Positions 44,401-55,103 of a DNA stretch of 64,000 bases are shown piece after piece. Below the pieces are notes generated by a model. That model searched no databases, was not told the origin of the DNA, and was given only the letters and a program-made list of their open reading frames with translations. The position numbers were made by a program, and so were the translations under genes. This DNA is from Cyanidioschyzon merolae (taxonomy: Eukaryota), in the NCBI GenBank assembly GCA_000091205.1, contig AP006486.2; one strand, written 5' to 3'. Within the stretch, counting starts at the first letter, position 1; each line of letters opens with the position of its first letter.

Positions 44401-47400
44401 TCACGCCCGCGATGGTGGACCCCGTCGCGCCGCTCGCTTCTGGGTACGGTATCGCTCCACGATGGTCGACAAGTGCGGTGTGGGTAGCGCGGCATTTCTT
44501 GTTCGCTCTCGCTCCCTCAAGACTCGTTGAAACGCTTGCCAGAACGCCACTATCTCATCGAAAGTGGGTCGTTGCTGTCGTCGCTGACGGAAACAGCCAT
44601 CTAGAAGCGATTTCAGGCCTTCGTCGGTGTCCGGTGGCGCTCTGAGACGTTCACCGCGCTGCGCTACTCGATAAATGACCTGAATGGGGTGTTCATCGGA
44701 CCAGGGCTTGTCACTGGTGATCAGCTCCCACACAATAACGCCGTAGGACCAGACGTCGCTCTTCTCATCGACGGTTTCTTGACGCATGACCTCGGGCGCC
44801 ATCCACTCGGGCGTACCCGCAGCACCCGTTGCCAACATGGTGTGCACACGAGAGCGGCTCAGACCAAAGTCGGTGACAATGGGCGTGCCTGTTTCGGCGT
44901 CGATGAGCACATTCGGGGACTTGAGGTCCCGATGGATCACCGGTGGCTGCTGCGCATGCAAGTACTGAACGCCTTGGGCGATCCCGAGAGCCAGTTGGGC
45001 AATTTCGGCGAGGCTGAAGGCAGGGCCGTCCGCAGCGGCCTTGCGCGCATGAATGAGACGATAGAGTGAGCCGCCGCTCACAAAACCCAGCACAATGCAG
45101 AGATGCGGTGACTTGGTTACCGCACCGATAAAAGGCACGATGTTCGGATGTTTCAATCGGCTGAGGAGAACCATCTCTTTCTGGAAATCCTCCACGGTTT
45201 CCAGACTGTAACCGTCGTCGTCGCGGGTCAGTTGTTTGACGGCGACGATGACACCGCGCCATTCGGCCATGAACACTTCACCAAAGGCACCGGCTCCGAG
45301 TTTGCTTCCAAAGCGAAGCTCTTCGTACGGAATATCCCATTTTTCACGCCATTCTCGGTCAAAAAGCAGTGGGGCATTCCCGTAATATTCCATCTCCGAG
45401 GCAGTAGATCCGTCGATGGGCCCGTCTTCCGCCTGTTGCTGCTGTTGTTGTTGTTGCTGCTGAGACGCTTCGCCAGCGGCGTTCAAGTCGCGCGTTCGAG
45501 CCGCCTGTAATGCTCGCTGTGCCTCTGTGTGCAGGTCGCGATCCGGCCTGGTCGATTTGTCTGCGAGCCATCCAGAAGACAGCGCGGATGCGGCATCAGC
45601 AGGGCCCTGCATGGTGCGTCGCTCCTCGAGGGCGCGTCCTCGAGCATCCGATGCCAACGCTGACTGCTGCTGCTGCCACATCTGCTGAGCGAGCGCACTC
45701 CTGCTCTGCTGCTGACGCAGGTGATCCACGCGTTCAAGACGACGATGAATTTGGGCGAGTTCTCCGATCGAACGCGTCAGCGCCTCGTGGTTGCTCTCGC
45801 GGCAGTCCAGAATGCTGCTTTTCGGGATGCAGTGAACGAGGGCCGGCAGGTCTGTACTCCGCCAGTAGATCATAAAGACGGTTTCAGGTCCACGCTCTAG
45901 CGCTCGGCACAGGGCCAAGGAGAACAGCGTCGCACATTGAGGTGAACGAAAGAAACCGTCGGAAACCAGAGCGACAAACCTCTTCGAATGCAGCATCGAA
46001 CTGTACCATTCATCCATAAAGAAAGCGGAGCGAATATCGGCCTCTTGGTCGGGAGAAACCGGCCCGTCAGCTCGACCTTGCTCCGATTGTTGCGCGTAAT
46101 GCGAATGTTCTGCTGCTCCGAGCGCAACCGTTGTGCCTTCCACGAATCCAATTCGCTCAGCGCTAGCGACGGGTTCGCTTCTGTCGCTGGACGACCTGTG
46201 CTGACCCTGGCCAGGATTTGATGCTGTCCAGTGTGTCGTGGGTGCAGCTCCACGATGATCATTCCGTGCCGCCGCCGCCGCCGCCAAAGACGCACCAGTC
46301 AGATCCGCAGTGGCGGGCGCTTGTTCCGCACCATCCATCGCTGGCGTTTCAGCGCTGACGCCAGGTTCGTCGTCGGCGACACTATGTTCAGGCCCGCTTT
46401 CCAAGGGCTCAGTGACCGCGTCGGCTGCATGACGCTGGAGCGCACGCTCCCTGAGGCTCCCTCTTGTGACGCCCTGTGCGTCTCCTTTGGACGTCAATGT
46501 CGTCGTATCGACGGTCTGTGGCTCAGCAGTTGCAGGCGTCGCAGATGCACCCGAAAGATTCGGGAAACCCCAGTGCGCAGTGCGCAATCCCCCGTCGTTC
46601 GACGGGGCCGCAATGTCCCACTCTTGGCGTTCGACCAGTTCTGTCGCAGCAACGTCCAGTGCACGACTGTGCACATCAAACACCTTAAAGCCAAAACGCA
46701 CGCGCAGTACGTGAATAATTTCCCATGCAACTTTGGTATCGTCCCGGTGGTACAATACGAAAAAATCCCGTTCTAGGCGACGCTTCGACGATGCCATCGC
46801 TTGCGAGGTAGCAATGGTGTCCGCGACCGGAGATACCAACTCGGGTGCGAGTTCGCTGCGCGTCTCGCCAGGAGCGCCCGAAAGCGGAGGTGCATCTCCG
46901 ACGCCATCTCCGGTCTGCACCGAAGCGACATGCTCGGACTTGGAACGCTTCGGGTCATAGCGCCCCTCTTCATCCATGCACTCACGGAACGACGAGAGCA
47001 GCCGCTGAACGCTCGGCGTGCAGAAGCCTCGCGGCACCAAGATGCGAATGAGGGGCAAGCTCAACCCGGCGCTACACCATCGCAGGGCCGCATCCAGCAG
47101 GTATGTCAAGACGTCGACTGCATCGGCCGCATACTCGAGACACAGCGGAAACATGACACTGCGGATACCCGTTCTGCCAGAGCAGAGCAGTGTTAAAAAT
47201 CCAAAAGCATGTTGGATGACTCGCTTGTACGATTGGGCCCGGTCGCCGTCGATCACCAGAATTCGGCGGAATTCGATGCCTCGCGGACGCGGGCGATGCA
47301 AAACGTTCGTCAACCAGGCAGCGTAGTGTCGTCGATAGGCGCGCTGCGGTTTTGCCTCGGCAGCTAGATCTGAGAGTTCGAGGCCGACTGAGCGCAGCTC

Positions 47401-48741
47401 GTCGAGCACGCTAGGGAGCTCGCACGGTCTTTCGGACGCGAAGTTGCCGGCGTCGGGGTTTCGTGCGCTTTCTAGACGCTCCGCTGTCTGGGCGGAGCGG
47501 GCGCCCTCGGATGCCGCCTCAAGCAATGTTGAGTTCTGGGACGCATCCGCGTGATTCCCGTTTCGCTCATCACTCAACGCGTCGTTGGTGCTCGAAAGCA
47601 CCCCGTGTCGGGCGTAAATCGAAGACGGGCGCGCAGCGGCTCTGGCTTCTGCGGGCGCCTGTGTCCTGGATTTCGCACAGATGGCGAGCAGGTCGACGGC
47701 GTCACCAGGTTGCATGGACACCGGCGATCCCTCGCTTATTTCTACAATGGATCGGCCAGAACCTCGAAGGATCGTGAAATATTGAACGCAGTTGAACGAC
47801 TGCCGAGGCAGCGGCACGGGCGGCAACGATACCTGCGCACGCGCCTCCTCCTGGAGAGTCTGGGGGCGCGCCCCATCGCTATCGCCGGTGTTGTCCGCGG
47901 GAACGCTGTCGCCATTGCTATCAGCGGCAGCATCGGGGTAGGGCGTTGCCACTCGTGCGTTGGTATCCACAGCACTACCGTGGTCCCCTGAGGACACGGA
48001 TAGAGAGCCCTGTTCTTGCACCTGGTCATGTGCTGACCACTGAGTGTCGTCAGTCGCAACGTTATCCTCGCTTGTCGACCGTACAACATCGGCAACACCA
48101 CGCTGAGTTGACGACTCTGGAGCCGTCTCTGCCCCATTCTGGATTTGCATAGTAGATGCAGTTGCGCCTGTGGGTGCTGCATCAGGAGCCTCAGGCTGCG
48201 CGCTGACCCCTGAACCTGTCGATCGGTCGGATCCGCTCGCAGTGGGCAACCGACTCGATACATTCCTGGATTCCGCCAAGATCGGGCTTTCTGCCAACGA
48301 CCCGCAAGTTCCATCCGTAGATTGGAACTCCTTCGCGCGCACCTGCTGAGCAGCACTCGCCGAGTTTTGCGCACGAATCGAGCCTGATGTCGAAGGTGCC
48401 CCTTTGCGATGCCGTGGTCGTGCAGCTTTACCAGTTTTTGATGCACTTGCACTCTGGGGCCGGTCACGCGCTGCGATGCTCGTAGCGGATGCCGAAGTTT
48501 TGATGCGCTCGGGCGTCGTACTTCCCTGGGCCCAGAGAGCCGTACTGGCGCCGAGCTCTGACGGCCCCAGTGTCGCGCCCATATTTCCCAGACCACTCAG
48601 ATAGGATTTTGCGAGCCACGTCAATATTCGGATGGGGAATGGACGCTTATCTGTTGGATTTGGCGTACGAAGCAGGCGCTTTCGTTGTTGGACGCCTCTG
48701 TCGTCGAGAGGCGTCGTAGTATGTCCCGAAGAGGGCGCCAT
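44401..48741 (-). CDS. Large TIR-like domain + TKL-group Ser/Thr protein kinase fusion: low-complexity N-terminal region, unknown middle domain, TIR-like domain (nt about 45880-46780, split by a ~190-aa low-complexity insertion), poly-Gln, C-terminal kinase
   Basis: Kinase: GSKLGAGAFGEVFMAEWRGVIVAVKQL...VIHRDLKSPNVLID...VTDFGLSRS...GTPEWMAPEV...DVWSYGVIVWEL (Raf/IRAK-like TKL features). TIR-like: DFFVLYHRDDTKVAWEIIHVLRVRFGFKVFDVHSRALD vs plant TIR [34 protein letters not shown], and SKRFVALVSDGFFRSPQCATLFSLAL vs [22 protein letters not shown]. ATG verified at 48741. Confidence 0.75.
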   Translation of the reverse strand: MAPSSGHTTTPLDDRGVQQRKRLLRTPNPTDKRPFPIRILTWLAKSYLSGLGNMGATLGPSELGASTALWAQGSTTPERIKTSASATSIAARDRPQSASASKTGKAARPRHRKGAPSTSGSIRAQNSASAAQQVRAKEFQSTDGTCGSLAESPILAESRNVSSRLPTASGSDRSTGSGVSAQPEAPDAAPTGATASTMQIQNGAETAPESSTQRGVADVVRSTSEDNVATDDTQWSAHDQVQEQGSLSVSSGDHGSAVDTNARVATPYPDAAADSNGDSVPADNTGDSDGARPQTLQEEARAQVSLPPVPLPRQSFNCVQYFTILRGSGRSIVEISEGSPVSMQPGDAVDLLAICAKSRTQAPAEARAAARPSSIYARHGVLSSTNDALSDERNGNHADASQNSTLLEAASEGARSAQTAERLESARNPDAGNFASERPCELPSVLDELRSVGLELSDLAAEAKPQRAYRRHYAAWLTNVLHRPRPRGIEFRRILVIDGDRAQSYKRVIQHAFGFLTLLCSGRTGIRSVMFPLCLEYAADAVDVLTYLLDAALRWCSAGLSLPLIRILVPRGFCTPSVQRLLSSFRECMDEEGRYDPKRSKSEHVASVQTGDGVGDAPPLSGAPGETRSELAPELVSPVADTIATSQAMASSKRRLERDFFVLYHRDDTKVAWEIIHVLRVRFGFKVFDVHSRALDVAATELVERQEWDIAAPSNDGGLRTAHWGFPNLSGASATPATAEPQTVDTTTLTSKGDAQGVTRGSLRERALQRHAADAVTEPLESGPEHSVADDEPGVSAETPAMDGAEQAPATADLTGASLAAAAAARNDHRGAAPTTHWTASNPGQGQHRSSSDRSEPVASAERIGFVEGTTVALGAAEHSHYAQQSEQGRADGPVSPDQEADIRSAFFMDEWYSSMLHSKRFVALVSDGFFRSPQCATLFSLALCRALERGPETVFMIYWRSTDLPALVHCIPKSSILDCRESNHEALTRSIGELAQIHRRLERVDHLRQQQSRSALAQQMWQQQQSALASDARGRALEERRTMQGPADAASALSSGWLADKSTRPDRDLHTEAQRALQAARTRDLNAAGEASQQQQQQQQQQAEDGPIDGSTASEMEYYGNAPLLFDREWREKWDIPYEELRFGSKLGAGAFGEVFMAEWRGVIVAVKQLTRDDDGYSLETVEDFQKEMVLLSRLKHPNIVPFIGAVTKSPHLCIVLGFVSGGSLYRLIHARKAAADGPAFSLAEIAQLALGIAQGVQYLHAQQPPVIHRDLKSPNVLIDAETGTPIVTDFGLSRSRVHTMLATGAAGTPEWMAPEVMRQETVDEKSDVWSYGVIVWELITSDKPWSDEHPIQVIYRVAQRGERLRAPPDTDEGLKSLLDGCFRQRRQQRPTFDEIVAFWQAFQRVLRERERTRNAALPTPHLSTIVERYRTQKRAARRGPPSRA

Positions 48742-49958
48742 TCCAGTTCTGGTTACTGTTGCGTCCCGAGCATACAGCTGCGGTAGGCCTTGGTCTTATC
48801 ACAGAATAATGGCAGCGGTTCGCTTGAGCAAGGCCCACCGTTTCCCGCTCCGTAAACAACGCGCCGGTAAACACTCAGGTATATAAACTGACGCAAGATG
48901 CGGCTTCCGCAACCCGAACTGGAAGCGCAGCACCTGCCCCAGCACTTTCTGCCCTTAAAAAGGTTTGCGTGGCCGTCTGGTGCGCTGCTGGGCAACCGCC
49001 AGTCCAAGGTAAGGGACAGTACAACAAAAACTCGCCCTTTGGACGACTCCACGAAGGTTCCCTGTACCTCCGTGTACTTGTGAATAACGTTCACTTCGAG
49101 CTGCAGCGCGAGCAACAGCTGCACCAGACCCCGCTATACCTTCAGCTGCCACTCTCAACAAAGAACACTCTCCCCAAAGCGTGTAGAAGCAAGCGAGCCT
49201 CAGCCTCTAACCCCAGAGAAGTAGTCAGCGCACTTGCAAACGTCGCCAGCACCACCACAGTAACTTTCAGAGCTTAACGACCAGCTTAGCGCGCGTACAA
49301 GTCTCTGTAGTCTCTGAAAGCACGGGCACCTGAAAGACCCTCGACAACCTCAAGGTATGCAGCTGGAATCGACGTGCTCCGGCCGCCGTTGCGACGCGCG
49401 CGCAGAACATGGACACGGATGCGCCATGTGCACGCATGTGCGCATTCCGGGACACGTCACCAGGCGCTCCGCTGCGTGCAGCACCTCAGCGGCATCGCTC
49501 AGGCGCACTGCATCGATGCGTGGATCCGAAGGCGCGTACACCGCGCACCGCCCGATGTTTTTTCCATTTGTGTATATATATTGACCGTCTCGAAAGCAGG
49601 GAGGACACATTCCACTTTTAGTCCCTCTACTCGTTTGTTTTCCACCTCAATCATGTGGTATCGAATGCTGTTTTGTAGTGTATAGAAGGCGATCGACAAC
49701 ACGATGCAATGTAGTGTATAGATCGAAGATGAATAACCTGTTGGATATGTATTCTTAACTGAAGAATGCAAGGAGCACTGCATTCCTCTTTTAGGTCAGT
49801 CATATCAAAGTACTCAGATGGTTGAGGTACACTGAGAGAAACAATCGTAGGCGCGACGCACCAGTAACCGATATTCTCGAAGACTGCTTGCGATGCATGG
49901 CAGAAAACGAACCGTGGATCACCTAGCGCAAAGCAAACGTTACGATAGTAGCAACTAG

Positions 49959-50960
49959 GTGTGTCTCTTTTTTCCAATAGCTAGTTCACTTGGTCCTGAG
50001 GACACTGGGATACAGTCGCAAAAAAATATTCTAGTTCACGCACAGCCATCTTCCACTGTAATCGAAATCCCCACAGCTTTCCGGGAACGTCGAGATCGAT
50101 ATGAAGCACAGGAGCGTCGACTTGTTTTCTATGCCGATGGGCCCTTTTTCCGGAAGAAACCGTCGGAGCGTATATGGGTATGCGCATAGAAGACGTCCGT
50201 GGTGTGTATGATCGAACTCAAAGAGAACGAGGATATCAACACCAGTTCTAGCTGCATTGGAGTCATTCTGCGGCCTCAGTTTCGCTCGCAGAGAAGGATC
50301 ATACGAAAGCAACCACTTTGCCGAATCATTGAAGACTTTTTTTCAAGACGTCTGGTGACTTTCTTCTTTTACGCAACGTGGTATTCCACCATTCTTCTCG
50401 CGTTCCTGCTTTTGAAGATTCTATCAGGATAGAGATGCTTTTCATTCCAGCGTTCTCTTCGTGGTCCAACATCATTGAAGGAGCATTTTCTATCCTGAGA
50501 AGTAATGATCGCTTCTCTAGGCGAGTCGCTGAATCTTTAAGCCCATTCGTATACCGGGACACGTTTGGTCTTTCTTGCGCAAGCACTTCTCCATCTGGGA
50601 AGCGCCTCACCTAAGGCCATAAAAAAGTGCGTTCATTTGCAGATATAAAAAATTTAAGCAATGAGCTGGGGTCTACACTTCAGAGCGTCAAGATGGAGAG
50701 AAGGCAGCGGATCATTGCGGCAACAGAAAAGCTCAGAGAGCTGACAGAGCCGGATTTGGCAATGAGGGCACGCATCCTAGCAGTCCCCACTATGCTGCGT
50801 TCAACCAGAGGCGATAAACGCATGAAATTCGTGAACCGAGACGTTAACGCCGCCATCAATTTCAGGAGATCTGCAGTGCTGAAGACGAGACCTGCGGAAA
50901 TTACGTGAATCAACTTTTTGGGACACCCTCTCAGATCCGAGGTGTGCAGGGAGAAACTGA
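49959..50960 (+). mobile_element. Second degraded TnpB/Fanzor-like relic: four consecutive plus-strand ORFs in shifting frames ending with the RuvC-III-like motif (50825..50890) and a conserved tail
   Basis: ORF 50627..50908 ends ...TMLRSTRGDKRMKFVNRDVNAAINFRRSAVLKTRPAEIT, paralogous to 13957..14283. Similarity continues past the stop into the next frame (INFLGHPLRSEV vs GIFIGQPLRVEL). The region is an AT-richer island. Confidence 0.45.
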
Positions 50961-51523
50961 AACCGATAGCAGGGGGCCTGTCGAAACAGACGGGGAGGCA
51001 TCTGTGATTGCATACTCATTTACCGTCCATAGATGTGAACCGTTGTTCGCTTCACTGGAACATAGTCCAGAACGCGGGCGAACACGTGAAAGTGCGCTGC
51101 CTCATCTAGTTGTCATGAACATGAGCGTCTGTGAGATTTCTCTGGACTGCTTCCTTCCCAGCTGGGTCATTTCCGGGACTGGATACGCTGGTGCTTCGTG
51201 TCCCGCCAGCTACGATGTCAGCGCTAGCGTGACGATTACGCAGTTCCCCGCAATTGCAGACGCATTTCGTTACCAGGCAGAGGTTGTGATCTATGCTTCG
51301 CTTCTCACTTTCGTCTACTTTGTAAAAAGCCTCAATGCGCCTTTCGCAACGATGCCACCTGACTCAGGTCGATTGTTCCCAAACGTTCACGCCAACTCCA
51401 CTGCCAGGCGGTGCACTGTGGCGAGTGACGGCTTGCTTCAGGACCCAGAACATCTCAGAGGCGGATACAAAAGGCTTCTCTCGATAGTCTCCCCGGCTCC
51501 GGGTCCAATGCCTTACTCCATGA

Positions 51524-51958
51524 TCACGGACGTGTTCTGTGTGATACCCTCGGCGAGTATTCTTCCCGTTGCATACGCATATACACGCTCTTTCTTTCAA
51601 TAGAGGCGTTTCGGAACTCGGTATTATTCATGATAATACAAGTACCGGAAAGAGAATACAGGCTCGAGATCTTGTCCAAAAGATGCGCTCCATCTACGCG
51701 CACTCGGTGCAAAACGCTGCCACATGCTGCAATGGGAGTGGTCAATGCGATGACTGGAGTCCGAATCGGAGAACCTTTCCCATGCAAGCAGCAGAGACGG
51801 ATGCTTCTGACAGCATATCCGGCGAATGGTCTCATGCTGCTAGTGAATCCCGTATCATCGATAGACAAAAGAGAAGAGAATTCGTTTTTCGACCGGAATC
51901 GAGTAGTAGTCGTGGACGTGAAAAGTTCAGTGAACCTACCGCATGAGCTTGTGAGCAA
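51524..51958 (-). repeat. Copy 2 of the dispersed ~0.3-kb element family (SIDDTGFTSSMRP ... ISSLYSLSGTCIIMNN), convergent with and ~600 bp from the second TnpB/Fanzor-like relic
   Basis: Protein-level and nucleotide-level homology to 40659..41006 and to the box-1 segment inside the LepA-flanking repeats. Confidence 0.45.
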
Positions 51959-52626
51959 GTCGACTAGGGACCATGTCGAGTTTTTTCACCTCATGAATGC
52001 AGCGGCGCGTGATGCTGTCCCCGCGACTTGCATTGTAACAAAAAGACGAGATACTTGAAACATGCGTGATGGATACATTCTATACATCAGGATCGAAGAA
52101 GTCTGGCGTCCTCTGCGCATGCTCTGGGCGATGATACAGGTTTTACCACAGAGTTCAGTTCGACGGTGTCGCAAATTATCTCGATTCCGGTGACGGAACA
52201 AATTCGAGCGGCAACGCGTCGGAGTTGCTTCTCCGAAACGACACCCTAGATTCCCGAACCTATATATGCGTCCGTGAACCCTTATTGATGCAATTGGAAT
52301 GTCAAAGCTTTAAATCTAAAACGAGAGTTTGCAAAAAATCGAAACGCAGGAACAGACTGAGCATCTCCGTATCTGCTTTTCCTCTGACACGGGTTTAGAT
52401 CGCCGCTGCGTACATCGTTTCCCAGAAGAAATTTCGCATGATATAGTTCCTGCCCTAGACGCTGAAGACGCTTGCCGACTCTGTGATACCTGATCGCGTC
52501 TTCAACCCTAAGCCAAAGAAAAACCGTGTCCTGACCTCGTGAGCGACACGTCCACAGACAGGTTTCCTGCGGCTTGTAGTCGCTAGCGCGCGTGCTTACC
52601 GGAGGTCAAACGCATAGGTGCCAGTT

Positions 52627-53295
52627 ATGGAGCCGGAGCAACCTGAAGCAGTGCTGTCTGGCGAAGAGCAAAAAGCATCAGGTGATTGTGATCAGATCCG
52701 CCTGTACATGTACGACTTTGGCCAGTGCGATGTCCACCGCTGTACCGGACGAAAACTGCTTCGTTGCGGTCTCCTGCGCACACAGCGGCTGAATGTTCCG
52801 TGTCATGGTGTCTTGCTCTCACCGGACGCAACCAGAGTGCTTTCGGCGGCCGATCTTCCACTAGTCGCCAAAGGTGGACTCGCTGTCATCGACTGCTCTT
52901 GGAACCAGGTTGAAGCACCGTTGTTGCGCCGCGTGCGTTGCCGAGGTCCCGGTCAAAGGAGGCTCCTTCCGTCGTTACAGGCTACGAACCCAGTCAACTA
53001 CGGGCGTGGTGCGCGCCTGACCTGTGCTGAGGCACTTGCAGCAGCGCTTTACATCCTCGGACAGAAGACAGCAGCAATTAGGGTCCTAGCTCCGTTTCGC
53101 TGGGGTGATGCGTTCTGGTCGGTGAACCAGACCGCCCTCGACATGTACGCCTCGTGTGCAGATGCGGAGTCCCTGGTGGCTGCGGAAGCTTCATGGCTTG
53201 CGCAGCTCGCTCAGGAGCATGAGCAGAACAAGACCCAATGGGATCCGTTTGCCGGTCTGGACTCGAGTGACTCGGACGAAGCGGAAGCATGCTGA
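52627..53295 (+). CDS. TSR3: TSR3-family ribosome-biogenesis protein (18S rRNA aminocarboxypropyltransferase)
   Basis: YMYDFGQCDVHRCTGRKLLRCGLL...GVLLSPDA...AADLPLVAKGGLAVIDCSWNQVE...RLLPSLQATNPVNYGRGARLTCAEALAAALYILG...FRWGDAFWSVNQ..LD.YA.C matches the TSR3 consensus (DFGQCD..RCTG.KL.R.G, V.DCSW, L.AANPVNYG....L...EA.AA). First ATG at 52627. Confidence 0.75.
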   Translation: MEPEQPEAVLSGEEQKASGDCDQIRLYMYDFGQCDVHRCTGRKLLRCGLLRTQRLNVPCHGVLLSPDATRVLSAADLPLVAKGGLAVIDCSWNQVEAPLLRRVRCRGPGQRRLLPSLQATNPVNYGRGARLTCAEALAAALYILGQKTAAIRVLAPFRWGDAFWSVNQTALDMYASCADAESLVAAEASWLAQLAQEHEQNKTQWDPFAGLDSSDSDEAEAC

Positions 53296-54284
53296 TTCTG
53301 CGGTGTTCGATTCGCCCCGCTGCCTGCAATGGTGTGAATACGTGAGATAATGAGGCTGTGTGCACGCCTTGCTGAAAAATTGTGGATGCTTGGATAAGCA
53401 TGCATACGAGACGTGCATTTGGTACACATGCCCCGGTCACTCAGCGCCACGTTCACAGTCGACTGGCTGGTAGATGACGAAGCTGCACAGACAGCGAAGC
53501 GTGTTCCTGCACGAAAAGCACGTCGAGACGATTTCACAATGGACCCGTCTTTGTGCTCGAGTCGCTGATCCACAAAGCAATGCAGAAAGGCAGTTTATTT
53601 CGGTAGGAATCTCGTTGAGATCGCGACAGTGCGAACCGCCAAGAACGGCGTCACGGTACATACCAAACTCGAGGTCAGTTGCAAGTCGTACCTGAGATCG
53701 TGGTAAGAATTCAGAATTTTAGATACATGAAGATGTGCTGTCTTGAAAGACAAGCGCACACGGCCCAGCACACGAGCACGTCGAATGCTTGAACACTGCA
53801 TTCGCGCGGATTCTAGGTCTGAAATCCCTATAAGCAATTGGCCTGAACAGAGTCGCTCGTGGAGCGCTCTCCATTACGCGGGCATTGTCCAGCACGCAGA
53901 TGCGGACACAGCGTCCAGGCACCGTGCACAGTACCCCCAATACCGGATGGGGCTTATTTACAGATGAAAAGTTCGGTGCAACGTCGAGTCATGGAGCAGA
54001 GTATCATCTGTGCCAGACGGCGCTTATGAAACGAGTGAAAAAATTCGATACGGACGTTTGTGGAGCCATGGATTGTATCTGCCTTCTGTTCTGCGTTGGA
54101 CGTCACGATCCACCAGCTCCCGGCTCGTGAAGGTGTCCGCTTGCGATGCATAGTATGCAACTGCAAGCTGGTGTCCCATCATGTGAGTACAAGCCATGGG
54201 CGAGCCCCAGACGCGCCGCCCACAGGTGACCGTGCGTCTCCCGTATCGTCAATAGTCGGCAGCGATAAACAAGGATCCCACGCC

Positions 54285-55103
54285 CTAATTGTCGCTGCTT
54301 GCTTGGATACGTGTTAAAATCTGCAGCAGATTCAAAAACAGGTTCAACACATCAAGATAGAGAGAGACGCAGGCAATCGACCAATCGTCCGGGCCAAGGT
54401 GATGAATGATCAGACTGGTGTCGAAGAGAATATAGCCACAGAAAACGAGTGCGGACACCACGCTCAGGACGAAGGAGAACGTTGTCGAAAAATGCCCCAT
54501 CCATCCCAGTACCGCATTCAGGACTGCTGCCCCCAACACGACGAGCAGTGCTGCGCCTAGGAACCCTCCGAGGAAGCTGAAGTCGCGCTGCGAGCGCCAA
54601 CAGTAAATCGTCAGTCCGCCAAAAACAAGCGCTGTCAAGAAACAAGCCTCAAAGACGATGAAACCAAACCCTGAAGCGGCGTATATAGCGCAGATCATCG
54701 CAACTGACAGAGCCTCGAAGAACGTGAAGACGCTCAGCGCTGGGAGACTCCACTTTGGCCGCGAGCGAGCCCAGAACAGACCCACCAGCGCCCCCAGTGT
54801 GCCCAAGAAGCACACCCAAATCAGCCAGGAAGATGCAGAAATTACCCATTGATTGAGGCTCCCACTGATCATGAACGCGCCCGAGAGCACCGCAGTAAAC
54901 CCGAGCTGGGCTGCGAGCACTGTATACACCTTTCGCAGAAAGTCCAAGCGGATGCGCTCCATGCAAGCTGCAACGGTCACCCCGACGTCATATTCCTCGA
55001 GGTCAGCGTGTCCGAGCGCCCGTGAAGCACTGCGCTTCACACTGTACTCGTACGTGTTGTAGTTGCCGCTCTCGATATCAACTGAAGCGCTTTTGGACCC
55101 CAT
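54285..55103 (-). CDS. TMBIM / Bax-inhibitor-1-like (Lifeguard/GAAP family) seven-TM protein
   Basis: RLDFLRKVYTVLAAQL...FEALSVAMICAIY...TALVFGGLTIYCWRSQRDFSFLGG...LVFCGYILFDTSLIIHHLGPDDWSIACVSLYLDVLNLFLNLLQIL parallels TMBIM4/GAAP (R.AFIRKVY..L..Q...FT.LEALTVAV...T.VFFGLT.Y.LQSK.DFS..G...F.G.IIYDT..L.H.L.PE......ISLYLD.INLFL.LLR.L). ATG at 55103; an N-terminal extension is possible. Confidence 0.75.
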   Translation of the reverse strand: MGSKSASVDIESGNYNTYEYSVKRSASRALGHADLEEYDVGVTVAACMERIRLDFLRKVYTVLAAQLGFTAVLSGAFMISGSLNQWVISASSWLIWVCFLGTLGALVGLFWARSRPKWSLPALSVFTFFEALSVAMICAIYAASGFGFIVFEACFLTALVFGGLTIYCWRSQRDFSFLGGFLGAALLVVLGAAVLNAVLGWMGHFSTTFSFVLSVVSALVFCGYILFDTSLIIHHLGPDDWSIACVSLYLDVLNLFLNLLQILTRIQASSDN

